This document shows, piece after piece, positions 45,931-55,187 of a DNA stretch of 64,000 nt. A model generated the notes under the pieces. That model was not told the DNA's origin and did not search any database. It was given only the letters and a program-made list of their open reading frames with translations. The position numbers and the translations under genes are program-made. Position 1 is the stretch's first letter, and each line of letters begins with the position of its first letter. The stretch covers positions 195,029 through 259,028 of the forward strand of contig CAADGV010000007.1 in NCBI GenBank assembly GCA_900696645.1, written 5' to 3'. Source of the DNA: an uncultured Chlorobiota bacterium (GTDB lineage: Bacteria > Bacteroidota > Ignavibacteria > UBA10030 > UBA6906).

Positions 45931-47376
45931 ATGCAATCCAACGGACAGCGCCTTGTTGAAGTTGACGACATTCTCTCCAATCTTCGGGAAGCAAACTATG
46001 CATTTGCAGCCCGATATCCCGGCGATACAGGTTTGCGTCAACCGGTTCATACCGTGTACGGCGGGGCGCAAATTTTCAGGTCGGATACAGCAAGAAAGTT
46101 GGGTGAAGTCGGGTTGCGTGCATTCCGTGAATATGCTCCCGATTTTGTTGTGTTTGCCCGGGCGATTCAGTTGCCGGGGTTCGAGTCGCTCCCGAAATCT
46201 GCAAAACAGATTGCGGCATTAACCGGGATGCTGAAGAATAATCCCGATAGGGTGAAACAGAAGAACCGCGGCGCTTGGCTTGCCTACACTATTTACCACC
46301 GGATAGTCGACAAACTGAAATCCGAACCGGTGGAAGATTTCAGAATTGATTTTGAGGATGGCTACGGCAACCGCGTGGACACGGAAGAGGACGGACACGC
46401 AGAGTTCATAGCGAAGGAAGTTGCAAAAGGAATGTACGAAGGAACTCTTCCTCCGTTCATCGGCATCCGCGTCAAGCCGTTGACCGAGGAACTGAAAGCC
46501 CGAAGCGTTCGAACGTTGAGCATCTTTATTTCGACCCTGGTCAGGGAAACCGGAGGGAAGCTGCCGTCAAATTTTGTTGTGACGATCCCGAAAGTAACCA
46601 TACCGGATCATGTTACTGCAATCGTAGAACTCTGTAAGAAACTCGAGCGGGAAACGGGGCTTGATTCCGGTGTGCTCAAGCTTGAGTTGATGATCGAAAC
46701 GCCGCAATCGATTTTCAACGCAAAAGGAGAGTCGCATATTCCGTTGCTTGCTGAAGCAGGAGAAGGACGGATCGTGGGGATGCATTTCGGGGTCTACGAT
46801 TACACGGCTCTCTGCGAAATCACAGCCGCTCACCAAGCGATGCGCCACCCCGCATGTGATTTTGCCCGACACATGATGAAAGTGGCGCTTGCCCAGACCG
46901 GCATCAACATTTCCGACGGCGCAACGAACATCATGCCGGTCGGGCCTCACCGCGCTGCTGGCGGAAAAATGCTGACGCCAAAGCAACGCGCCGAGAACAC
47001 GTCGGCGGTCCATCGTGCATGGAAGTTGGCTTTCGACGATACAATGCACTCACTCAAGCACGGCTTCTACCAGGGCTGGGATTTGCATCCGGCGCAATTA
47101 TGCGTGCGTTATGCTGCAGTGTATTCATTCTTTCTTGAAGGACTCGACATAGCAACGCTACGCTTGAAATCCTTTATGGAGAAAGCGGCACAAGCCACAC
47201 TCATCGGCGATGTGTTTGATGATGCGGCGACGGGACAAGGTTTGCTGAATTATTTCCTGCGCGGGATAAGTTGTAAGGCAATCACCGAAGAGGAAGCATC
47301 AGCTACCGGCTTAACGCTTGATGAGTTGCGCAGCAGGTCGTTTCTCAAGATACTGAACGGAAGAAGACCTAAGTAG
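45931..47376 (+). CDS. Uncharacterised TIM-barrel lyase-like protein (HpcH/CitE / malate-synthase-like superfamily?).
   Basis: A DFEDG acidic metal-binding-like motif, and LKLELMIETPQSIFNA resembling the CitE/HpcH (L)ET(P/A) motif. There is no secretion signal. Confidence 0.4.
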   Translation: MQSNGQRLVEVDDILSNLREANYAFAARYPGDTGLRQPVHTVYGGAQIFRSDTARKLGEVGLRAFREYAPDFVVFARAIQLPGFESLPKSAKQIAALTGMLKNNPDRVKQKNRGAWLAYTIYHRIVDKLKSEPVEDFRIDFEDGYGNRVDTEEDGHAEFIAKEVAKGMYEGTLPPFIGIRVKPLTEELKARSVRTLSIFISTLVRETGGKLPSNFVVTIPKVTIPDHVTAIVELCKKLERETGLDSGVLKLELMIETPQSIFNAKGESHIPLLAEAGEGRIVGMHFGVYDYTALCEITAAHQAMRHPACDFARHMMKVALAQTGINISDGATNIMPVGPHRAAGGKMLTPKQRAENTSAVHRAWKLAFDDTMHSLKHGFYQGWDLHPAQLCVRYAAVYSFFLEGLDIATLRLKSFMEKAAQATLIGDVFDDAATGQGLLNYFLRGISCKAITEEEASATGLTLDELRSRSFLKILNGRRPK

Positions 47377-47486
47377 CTTCTTTCGGCGAGCGGTTCCGGC
47401 GTCGTCTATCAGACTTCCAATGCCAGAAATGGGGCAGCAAGAATTGACACCCGTCATCAGTGAAAGTACATTTCCAATAGAATGAC

Positions 47487-48137
47487 ATGATGAGAACGAG
47501 AGTCAAAGTGTGCTGCATCAGCAGCATCGATGAAGCCCGGCTTGCAATCCGCTGCGGGGCTTCAGCATTGGGACTCGTATCTGCAATGCCGAGCGGCCCC
47601 GGCCCGATTCCTGAGGAATTGATTGCCGAAATAGCCGCTGTGATTCCGCCCGGCGTAGCTTCATTCCTGCTGACATCGAAACAGGATGCCGATTCGATTA
47701 TCAAGCAACAGCGGCGGTGCCGGACGAACACTCTGCAATTAGTTGACAGAGTATCCGTTCAAACGTACCAGGAACTGAGACGGGAGTTGCCCGGCATCGG
47801 GCTCGTGCAAGTTGTTCACGTAACGGGAGAGGAATCGATTGTCGAAGCGATAACGGTATCAGAATTTGTGGATGCAATCTTGTTGGACTCCGGGAATCAA
47901 TCCCTTCCTGTGAAGGAACTTGGCGGTACGGGCCGCACGCATGATTGGAATCTCAGCAGGCAAATTGTGGAATCCGTGAGCGTACCTGTGTATCTTGCGG
48001 GTGGCCTGAAATCTGAAAATGTGGCTGAGGCAATCAGACAAGTCCATCCTTTTGCCGTCGATTTATGCAGCGGTGTCCGTACGGATGGCAAACTTGATGA
48101 AAGCAAGCTGGCCGCGTTCTTCAACGAGATACAATGA
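47487..48137 (+). CDS. trpF: Phosphoribosylanthranilate isomerase (standalone TrpF).
   Basis: The motifs are VKVCCISS, GGTGRTHDW, LAGGLKSENV and DLCSGVR. Confidence 0.75.
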   Translation: MMRTRVKVCCISSIDEARLAIRCGASALGLVSAMPSGPGPIPEELIAEIAAVIPPGVASFLLTSKQDADSIIKQQRRCRTNTLQLVDRVSVQTYQELRRELPGIGLVQVVHVTGEESIVEAITVSEFVDAILLDSGNQSLPVKELGGTGRTHDWNLSRQIVESVSVPVYLAGGLKSENVAEAIRQVHPFAVDLCSGVRTDGKLDESKLAAFFNEIQ

Positions 48138-48850
48138 GGATCATTGCTTCGGTTGGCATTCTGTCAACACTCATATCACCTTCATTCTCCCAAAATGACA
48201 ACGACAGGAATTCAGTGAATCAGCAGTCCCGAACATTTCTCGCCCTCGGCGATTCATACACAATCGGCGAGGCAGTTGCAGAAACCGAACGCTGGCCCAT
48301 GCAACTCGCTTCGATTCTTAGGAAGCGAACTATCTCCATTGACGATCCCGTGATCATTGCGCGCACAGGCTGGACGACGGATGAACTGAACGCTGCAATT
48401 GATGCAAGTAATATTCGCGGTCCGTTTGATCTCGTGACGTTGCTTATAGGTGTCAACAATCAATACCGTGGCAGAAGTGCCGATGAGTACCGGGTTGAAT
48501 TCAAGCAACTATTGCAGCGTGCAATCCACTTTGCAGGCGGTGCAGCATCTCATGTTATCGTCGTGTCAATTCCGGACTGGGGTGTAATGCCGTTTGCAGA
48601 AGGAAGGGACCGCAAGAAGATTGCGAAAGAGATCGATATGTTTAATGCTGTGAATTGGGAAGAATCCGTTCGGGCCCGAACTCAGTACGTTGACATTACT
48701 CCAATCTCCCGAGAAGTTGAACGGTATCCCGAACTCATCGCGTCCGATGGACTTCATCCTTCGGGTGTTCAGTACAAGTATTGGGGAGAACTTATCGAGC
48801 CGAAGGCATGTACGGCTCTCGGTATCGAGACAGAAAAGGAGAAGAAATGA
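48134..48850 (+). CDS. SGNH/GDSL-family esterase or lipase.
   Basis: The motif is LALGDSYTIGEA, with downstream GxND and a DxxH. Confidence 0.7.
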   Translation: MRIIASVGILSTLISPSFSQNDNDRNSVNQQSRTFLALGDSYTIGEAVAETERWPMQLASILRKRTISIDDPVIIARTGWTTDELNAAIDASNIRGPFDLVTLLIGVNNQYRGRSADEYRVEFKQLLQRAIHFAGGAASHVIVVSIPDWGVMPFAEGRDRKKIAKEIDMFNAVNWEESVRARTQYVDITPISREVERYPELIASDGLHPSGVQYKYWGELIEPKACTALGIETEKEKK

Positions 48851-49191
48851 AGAGTCCCATCACAACACATATTCTTGATACTGCACTGGGAAAACCTGCC
48901 GAAGGCATACCGATCGTGTTGGAGATGAAACAAGCGGATGGTGCATGGAACGAACTTGGCCGCGGCGTCTCAAACAGCGACGGACGGGTTTCGGATTTGC
49001 TGCCGGAGAATTTTCATCTTGCCGTCGGAATCTACCGGATTACGTTCCTGACAGCCGAGTATTTCAGGCTCATGAACCGGGATAGCTTCTACCCGAGAGT
49101 CGTTGTCGAGTTTGCAGTAAAGAATGGAAGCCACTACCATGTGCCGTTGCTCTTAAGTCCGTTCGGGTACTCGACATACCGTGGGAGTTGA
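48847..49191 (+). CDS. uraH: 5-hydroxyisourate hydrolase (transthyretin-like).
   Basis: The N-terminus is PITTHILDTALGKPAEG and the C-terminus is the tetrapeptide YRGS. Confidence 0.85.
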   Translation: MKSPITTHILDTALGKPAEGIPIVLEMKQADGAWNELGRGVSNSDGRVSDLLPENFHLAVGIYRITFLTAEYFRLMNRDSFYPRVVVEFAVKNGSHYHVPLLLSPFGYSTYRGS

Positions 49192-49208
49192 AGGCGCAGA
49201 GACAATCT

Positions 49209-51605
49209 CTATTGTGTAGGCGCTTCGCCCGGTGGGTTCTCCCGCATTCTTTTCTTCAGATCCTCTGTTGCAAGTACAATTACTTCGTTCGTCGCGGGCA
49301 GCGAAAACGAAGGCTCGAAAGCGTGGTTCGCAACAGCAGAAACGGCATCCTTGATCGCCAGCCATGTCGAAAGTGCCAGCATGAACGGCGGCTCGGCAAC
49401 TGCTTTACTTCTGCGTATGGTATCAGGGTTGGGAACATTCTGAAGCAAATGAACCCTGAAATCCTTCGGAATATCCTGCACTGAAGGGATTTTGTAGGTA
49501 TCAGGCGAATGCGTCAGCAAGTTCCCCTTGTCGTCCCACTTGATTTCCTCCGTTGTCACCCAGCCGTTTCCTTGAATGTATCCGCCTTCCACTTGGCCGA
49601 GGTCGATTTGCGGGTTGAGAGAATCGCCGACATCGTGCAGAATATCTGTTCGTAGAATCGTATGGTGGCCGGTGAGCGTATCAACCAACACCTCTGTGCA
49701 TGCCATTCCAAACGCGTAGTAATGGAAAGGTTTGCCCCATCCCTTTGTCTTATCCCACCCGATGTCGGGTGTTTTGTAAAAACCGGTTGCGCTGAGACTC
49801 ACTTGGCGGAGGTTCATCAACGGCATTGCATCGGCAAACGAAATCCGTCGGGCTGGGTGTTCGATATCGACGATCGAATCATTTTCAAAGTGTACTGAAT
49901 GCTGTGCTGTTGACGTATCGGGATTCTGTTCCGACCAGTATTGTGCGAGAGATTCAGCAATGCGGGATTTCAATGTATCGACCGCATTCTTTACTGCCAT
50001 GCCGTTCAGATCGGCTCCGGCCGACGCGGCCGTTGCAGATGTGTTCGGCACTTTCGAGGTATTGGTCGCGTTCACTTTCACTTTATCGAGATTGACGCCG
50101 AACTCAGCGGCTGCAACTTGTTGCATTTTCGTGTGCAGACCCTGGCCCATTTCCGTTCCGCCGTGGTTGACGAGTATCGTCCCGTCTTTGTAGATGTTGA
50201 CAAGCGCCCCTGCTTGATTGAGAAACGTTGTTGTGAAGGAAATGCCGAATTTTACGGGGGTCAGGGCCATGCCCTTCTTCAGAAACTCGCTTGAGTTGTT
50301 GAACGCGGCAATCGCCTTCCGGCGCTCATCATATTCCGATGATGCAACAAGCTGCTCGTAGATGATGTGAAGACGGTTGTGTTCAACCGTCTCGCCGTAA
50401 TGCGTCACGTTCCGCGAATCGATTCCGTAGAAATTCTTGTGCCTGATTTCGAGGGGGTCTTGATGCAGGAATCGGGCAACTCTGTCGATTACATGTTCAA
50501 TCAACGCCATGCCCTGAGGGCCGCCGAATCCGCGGAATGCTGTATTGGACGGAAGGTTTGTCTTGCAGACACGGGCCAGCACACTGACATTCGGGATATA
50601 ATACGCATTGTCGGCATGCAGCATCGCCCGCTCCAGAATGGCAAACGAAAGATCCGCTGCGCAGCCGCCGTCGCTGTTCAGCTCGAATGTGGCTGCAAGC
50701 AGATTTCCTTCATCATCAAATCCAACTTCATACCTCGAAAGGAACCGATGTCGTTTTCCCGTCATCTTCATATCATCATCACGGAAGAGCCGAATCTTCA
50801 CCGGACGCCGCGTTGCATTACAGAGAAGCGCGGTCCAGCACGCGGTGTGGTTTGCCTGGGTCTCTTTCCCGCCAAATGCTCCTCCCATGCGGCGAATCTC
50901 AACAACCACCTCGTTCTTGGGAATGCCGAGAACCTCAGCAATCAGTGCCTGGGTTTCAGAGGGATGTTGAGTTGACGAGAAGACGTTCATCTCTCGCCCT
51001 TCGCCCAAAATGCAGAGACAGACCTGCGATTCGAGATACCAATGTTCTTGTGCTCCGGTTCGTAGTTCTCCCTTTATGCGATGTTGAGCTTTTTGCAACT
51101 CTTGGTCGGGATTGCCTCGCTGCATTGTTCGGGAAGGGCCGAGAAAACTATTCTGTGCAATCGCCTCGTCGATTGTGAGGATTGTAGGAAGATGTTCGTA
51201 CTCAATCCGGATTAGTCGTTCGGCTTCGCGTGCCTGATCCTCAGTTTCAGCTGCAATCAGAAACATCGCTTGGCCGACGCAAACGACTTCATTTTCGGCA
51301 AGGCACACTTCATCCTTGACGACCGGTCCCATCTGATTGTGTCCGGGAATATCCTTGTACGAAAGAACGGCATGAACTCCGGGAACACATCTCGCAGCCG
51401 AAAGGTCGAATGACTTGATTCGTGCATGCGCATGCGGCGAATACACGACTCTTCCAACAAGAAGCTGCCTGTTGACGAGAATATCGTCAACATAAACAGC
51501 TTCACCGGTGACGTGCTTCGAAGCAGATTCGTGTGGCACGGCTTGCTTTACAGGTTTATTGTGGCTTTTATGCGGCGGCACCGTTCGTTTCCTTCCTGGT
51601 ATCAT
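49209..51605 (-). CDS. xdhB: Xanthine dehydrogenase molybdopterin-binding large subunit.
   Basis: A 798-aa protein with Ald_Xan_dh_C and molybdopterin-binding motifs (GGAFGGKE, the ETQ region, the C-terminal AVAEPP). Confidence 0.85.
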   Translation of the reverse strand: MIPGRKRTVPPHKSHNKPVKQAVPHESASKHVTGEAVYVDDILVNRQLLVGRVVYSPHAHARIKSFDLSAARCVPGVHAVLSYKDIPGHNQMGPVVKDEVCLAENEVVCVGQAMFLIAAETEDQAREAERLIRIEYEHLPTILTIDEAIAQNSFLGPSRTMQRGNPDQELQKAQHRIKGELRTGAQEHWYLESQVCLCILGEGREMNVFSSTQHPSETQALIAEVLGIPKNEVVVEIRRMGGAFGGKETQANHTACWTALLCNATRRPVKIRLFRDDDMKMTGKRHRFLSRYEVGFDDEGNLLAATFELNSDGGCAADLSFAILERAMLHADNAYYIPNVSVLARVCKTNLPSNTAFRGFGGPQGMALIEHVIDRVARFLHQDPLEIRHKNFYGIDSRNVTHYGETVEHNRLHIIYEQLVASSEYDERRKAIAAFNNSSEFLKKGMALTPVKFGISFTTTFLNQAGALVNIYKDGTILVNHGGTEMGQGLHTKMQQVAAAEFGVNLDKVKVNATNTSKVPNTSATAASAGADLNGMAVKNAVDTLKSRIAESLAQYWSEQNPDTSTAQHSVHFENDSIVDIEHPARRISFADAMPLMNLRQVSLSATGFYKTPDIGWDKTKGWGKPFHYYAFGMACTEVLVDTLTGHHTILRTDILHDVGDSLNPQIDLGQVEGGYIQGNGWVTTEEIKWDDKGNLLTHSPDTYKIPSVQDIPKDFRVHLLQNVPNPDTIRRSKAVAEPPFMLALSTWLAIKDAVSAVANHAFEPSFSLPATNEVIVLATEDLKKRMRENPPGEAPTQ

Positions 51606-53025
51606 CCCAGAATTTCAGCAGCAGATTTCGGGCAACAATACGACGAAACTCTTTGCTGCCCCGTGCGTCCGAAATGGGATTGAAATCGTTGTCAATTAAA
51701 GGCATTGTTGCCTCTATCGTTTCCCGTGTCCACGGTTTTCCTTGCAGGAATGCTTCCGCGCTTGATGAACGTTTCACACGTTCCGCCATACCCCCGTACA
51801 CCAGCATGGCATTCTGAATTTGATTCGTGTCGTTAATGTCAATTCGAAATCCAGCGCTGACGGTGGAAATGTCAAGATCTTTTCGTTTAGACACTTTGTA
51901 CCACTTCACGACGCTACGTTGTTTTGGTTTTGGAAGAATAATCTCCACAATCAACTCGTCGGGTTTACGGACGGTTTTTCTGTAGCCTGTAACGAATTGG
52001 TCCAGTTCCACTTCCCGTCGTCCAGACACACGTTCCAAAACAACACGGGCGTTGTACGGAATCAGCGCCGACAGCGTGTCTCCGATAGGGGATGCAGAAC
52101 CGATGTTCCCCCCGAGAGTTGCGAGATTTCTGATTTGAAGCGAGCCGAAGACTGCGAACATGTCGGCAAGGGCCGGGAAGTCTGCTTCAACAGCGGACCA
52201 CACTTCGTTGAGAACAACACCCGATCCGATGGAAAGCGATTCGCTATGATTGCGAATCGTATGCAGTTCATCAACCAGCGAAACGTCCAGCAATTGCCTC
52301 AACTGCTCATGATTCTTTGTCACTCGCAGCGCCACATCCGTTGAGCCGCCAATAATAATTGCTTTGGGGTGTTGGTGTTTCAACGTGAGTGCCTCAAGCA
52401 GAGTGCGAGGTTGAAAGTAAGTGTGATTGCTTGTCTGAATGAGGGCGGAATGCCGCGGAATGCTTTGCAGCAATCCGGCGATTCGTATTTCATCATTTGA
52501 CGAAGAATCAATTCCCTGATGAATGCAGGAACGGGCTGCAGCCTCCACTATCGGTTTGTAGCCTGTACAACGGCAGAGATTTCCGGTAAGGGCGTCATCA
52601 ATAACATTCCGGTCGGGATGGTCATGATTCTTGTACAACGCAAACAACGACATGACAATACCCGGCGTACAGTAACCGCACTGGCTCCCTCCGGTGTCAA
52701 CCATAGCTTGTTGCACAGGATGCAATGCGGCTTCAGTCTTCAGATTCTCAACGGTAATCAGTTGCTTTCCGTGAATCATCGGCAGGAACACAAGGCATGA
52801 ATCCACCGCTTTGTAGCGGATCGTATTGCCTGCATCGAGTTCGCCAAGGACAACAGTACATGCGCCACAATCGCCTTCAGCGCAACCTTCTTTCGCGCCT
52901 TTATGTGTTGGCAGTGAACGAAGGTAGTTCAGAACAGTTGTTGTTGGAGTGACAGACGGCTTGGAAAAATCTTCGGTAACAACCTTGCCATCAAGTACAA
53001 ATGAAATGGACGAACGCATCGTCAT
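51568..53025 (-). CDS. xdhA: Xanthine dehydrogenase [2Fe-2S]/FAD-binding small subunit.
   Basis: The N-terminus has CAEGDCGACTV and CGYCTPG...CRCTGY, followed by a CO-DH-type FAD-binding domain. It overlaps xdhB by 38 nt. Confidence 0.85.
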   Translation of the reverse strand: MTMRSSISFVLDGKVVTEDFSKPSVTPTTTVLNYLRSLPTHKGAKEGCAEGDCGACTVVLGELDAGNTIRYKAVDSCLVFLPMIHGKQLITVENLKTEAALHPVQQAMVDTGGSQCGYCTPGIVMSLFALYKNHDHPDRNVIDDALTGNLCRCTGYKPIVEAAARSCIHQGIDSSSNDEIRIAGLLQSIPRHSALIQTSNHTYFQPRTLLEALTLKHQHPKAIIIGGSTDVALRVTKNHEQLRQLLDVSLVDELHTIRNHSESLSIGSGVVLNEVWSAVEADFPALADMFAVFGSLQIRNLATLGGNIGSASPIGDTLSALIPYNARVVLERVSGRREVELDQFVTGYRKTVRKPDELIVEIILPKPKQRSVVKWYKVSKRKDLDISTVSAGFRIDINDTNQIQNAMLVYGGMAERVKRSSSAEAFLQGKPWTRETIEATMPLIDNDFNPISDARGSKEFRRIVARNLLLKFWDDTRKETNGAAA

Positions 53026-53138
53026 TCCTCATGGAAGGTTTTCACTGTTGGTGGTGGGAAATCATCAAGATTCTAATGGAAACTAAACAAAATCCTCGTT
53101 ACTATCAAATAGCCAGGAATCGAGTCATTCCCATCCTC

Positions 53139-54110
53139 ATGAGAGAAAGAGAAATCTGGACATTCATCAACACGAGCTTGAGTAATCACATTTCGGTGAT
53201 GCTCTTGATTGTTGTCGAAAGTCATGGTTCGTCCCCCGGCCGGGCGGGATTCAAGATGGCCGTTGCTGCCAACGGGGAACGACGCGGAACAATCGGCGGC
53301 GGCATGATGGAGCTTGACTTGATTGAAGAGTCGCGGCAGCGATTAGCTGTCGGCAACTCGGCTTCATCAGTTCGGCAGCTTTTCCATTCGAAGCAGACAA
53401 TTCACGAGTCTTCAGGACTTATCTGCTCAGGATCGCAAACGGTTCTTCTCAAGCCGTTGTCGCGCGACAATCTCGGGACTGTCGGTGAAATCGTTCACAC
53501 CTTCGAGAAACACGACTGTGCAAACCTGACGATTACGCCTTTGGAGTTCGAGTTTCACAACAAGAAAAGGAGTGGGCCGGACACGGTATTCTCTTTTGCG
53601 AATGAGAAGAAGTGGCAATATGAGGAGAATATTGGTATTCTTGATACGGTTTTTATTGTGGGAAGCGGCCATGTCGGGCTTGCCCTTTCGCGCATCATGG
53701 CGACGCTCGACTTCCGGGTGATTGTGATCGACAACAGAGCCGATGCGCCGACATTTGCTTCAAACAATTACGCCCACCGGAAAGTGCATTGCGGTTATGA
53801 TCAGGTTGGATCGCTGATCTCCGGAACGGGCCGGGAGTACGTTGCTGTTGTGACAACAGCGTACAAGTCCGACGAAGCTGCGCTGAAAAGTATTCTTGGC
53901 AAAAGACTTCGGTATATCGGTTTGATGGGAAGCGCTGCGAAAACAAAGCAAGTCTTTGAAGATCTGACATCTGAGGGAATCTCTGATGATCAGTTGCGCC
54001 GCATTAGAAATCCTATCGGCATTCCAATAGAAAGTCACACACCCGAGGAGATCGCCATTAGTATTGCTGCAGAGATTATCAAAACAAAGAATCAGATGTT
54101 GAATGACTGA
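53139..54110 (+). CDS. xdhC: XdhC/CoxI-family xanthine dehydrogenase accessory (Moco insertion) protein.
   Basis: The XdhC N-domain (VMLLIVVESHGSSPGRAGFKMAVAANGERRGTIGGG) plus a C-terminal Rossmann (VFIVGSGHVGLAL). The start is ambiguous: 53001, 53076 or 53139. Confidence 0.7.
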   Translation: MREREIWTFINTSLSNHISVMLLIVVESHGSSPGRAGFKMAVAANGERRGTIGGGMMELDLIEESRQRLAVGNSASSVRQLFHSKQTIHESSGLICSGSQTVLLKPLSRDNLGTVGEIVHTFEKHDCANLTITPLEFEFHNKKRSGPDTVFSFANEKKWQYEENIGILDTVFIVGSGHVGLALSRIMATLDFRVIVIDNRADAPTFASNNYAHRKVHCGYDQVGSLISGTGREYVAVVTTAYKSDEAALKSILGKRLRYIGLMGSAAKTKQVFEDLTSEGISDDQLRRIRNPIGIPIESHTPEEIAISIAAEIIKTKNQMLND

Positions 54111-55170
54111 GTTCCTCGAGAACTTCCCTCTTGCCAATCTTACCACGTTCAAACTTGGAGGGAATGCCCGGTATTTTACTGAGTGCAGGAATACTGACGG
54201 GATGCTCGATGCAATTCGTTTTGCAGAATCAAAAAACATTCGGTATCACATTCTCGGCGGCGGAAGCAACACGATTTTTTCTGATGACGGCTTTGACGGG
54301 CTTGTACTGAAAATTGCATCGCGAGGAATTCAGTTTGTTCGTGAACCGGATGGCGTTATGATTGTTGCTGCAGCAGGCGAACAGTGGGATGATGTTGTCA
54401 AGTTCTGCATCAGATCGGGGCTGGGGGGTGTGGAATGTCTTTCCGGTATTCCCGGACTTGTCGGGGCAACGCCGATTCAGAATGTTGGAGCATACGGGCA
54501 GGAGGTTGCAGAGACGATTCTGGAAGTGAAAGCGATTGATCTCCTTACATTGCGTACAGTCCGCTTCAGAAACAGCGAGTGCAGATTCGGGTATCGCAGG
54601 AGTCGCTTTAATCAGGAGGATACCGGCAAGTTCATTATCACAGAAGTGGCGTTCAAGCTCAATACTGTAGTTCAACCGGAAATACGCTACCCGGAATTGC
54701 GGAGCTTCATCGCATCATCCATTGAAATGGAGAAGCTTGCGAGCGAAGCAGAAAAGCTTGAGGCTGTACGAAATGGCGTGCTTGCTCTTCGCAGAAAAAA
54801 ATCAATGGTCATTGATGAATCGGACCCCAATTCACAATCGGCAGGCTCATTTTTCAAGAACCCGGTTCTCACACAGGACAAGTTCGATCATCTTCTGGAC
54901 CTGTGCAGAAAGAATGGGATTGAAGACTCACCGCCGACTTTTCCCTCAGGCGAAGGTGTAAAGGTTCCTGCGGCATGGTTGCTTGAGAAGGCAGGCTTTC
55001 ACAAAGGATTCAGAAAGGGAGGCGTCGGCGTTTCTGCAAATCACGCGCTTGCGCTTGTGAATTACGGCGGCACAACAAGAGAGCTGCTGTTACTTGCAGA
55101 AGAAATTCAATCTGCCATCGTTCAACAATTCGGAATCCTGTTGGAGCGGGAACCTGTTCTTGTTCAGTAA
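54103..55170 (+). CDS. murB: UDP-N-acetylenolpyruvoylglucosamine reductase.
   Basis: An FAD-binding domain (TTFKLGGNARYF, ILGGGSN) and a MurB C-terminal domain. Confidence 0.85.
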   Translation: MTEFLENFPLANLTTFKLGGNARYFTECRNTDGMLDAIRFAESKNIRYHILGGGSNTIFSDDGFDGLVLKIASRGIQFVREPDGVMIVAAAGEQWDDVVKFCIRSGLGGVECLSGIPGLVGATPIQNVGAYGQEVAETILEVKAIDLLTLRTVRFRNSECRFGYRRSRFNQEDTGKFIITEVAFKLNTVVQPEIRYPELRSFIASSIEMEKLASEAEKLEAVRNGVLALRRKKSMVIDESDPNSQSAGSFFKNPVLTQDKFDHLLDLCRKNGIEDSPPTFPSGEGVKVPAAWLLEKAGFHKGFRKGGVGVSANHALALVNYGGTTRELLLLAEEIQSAIVQQFGILLEREPVLVQ

Positions 55171-55187
55171 AAACAAATGGAGCGCAA

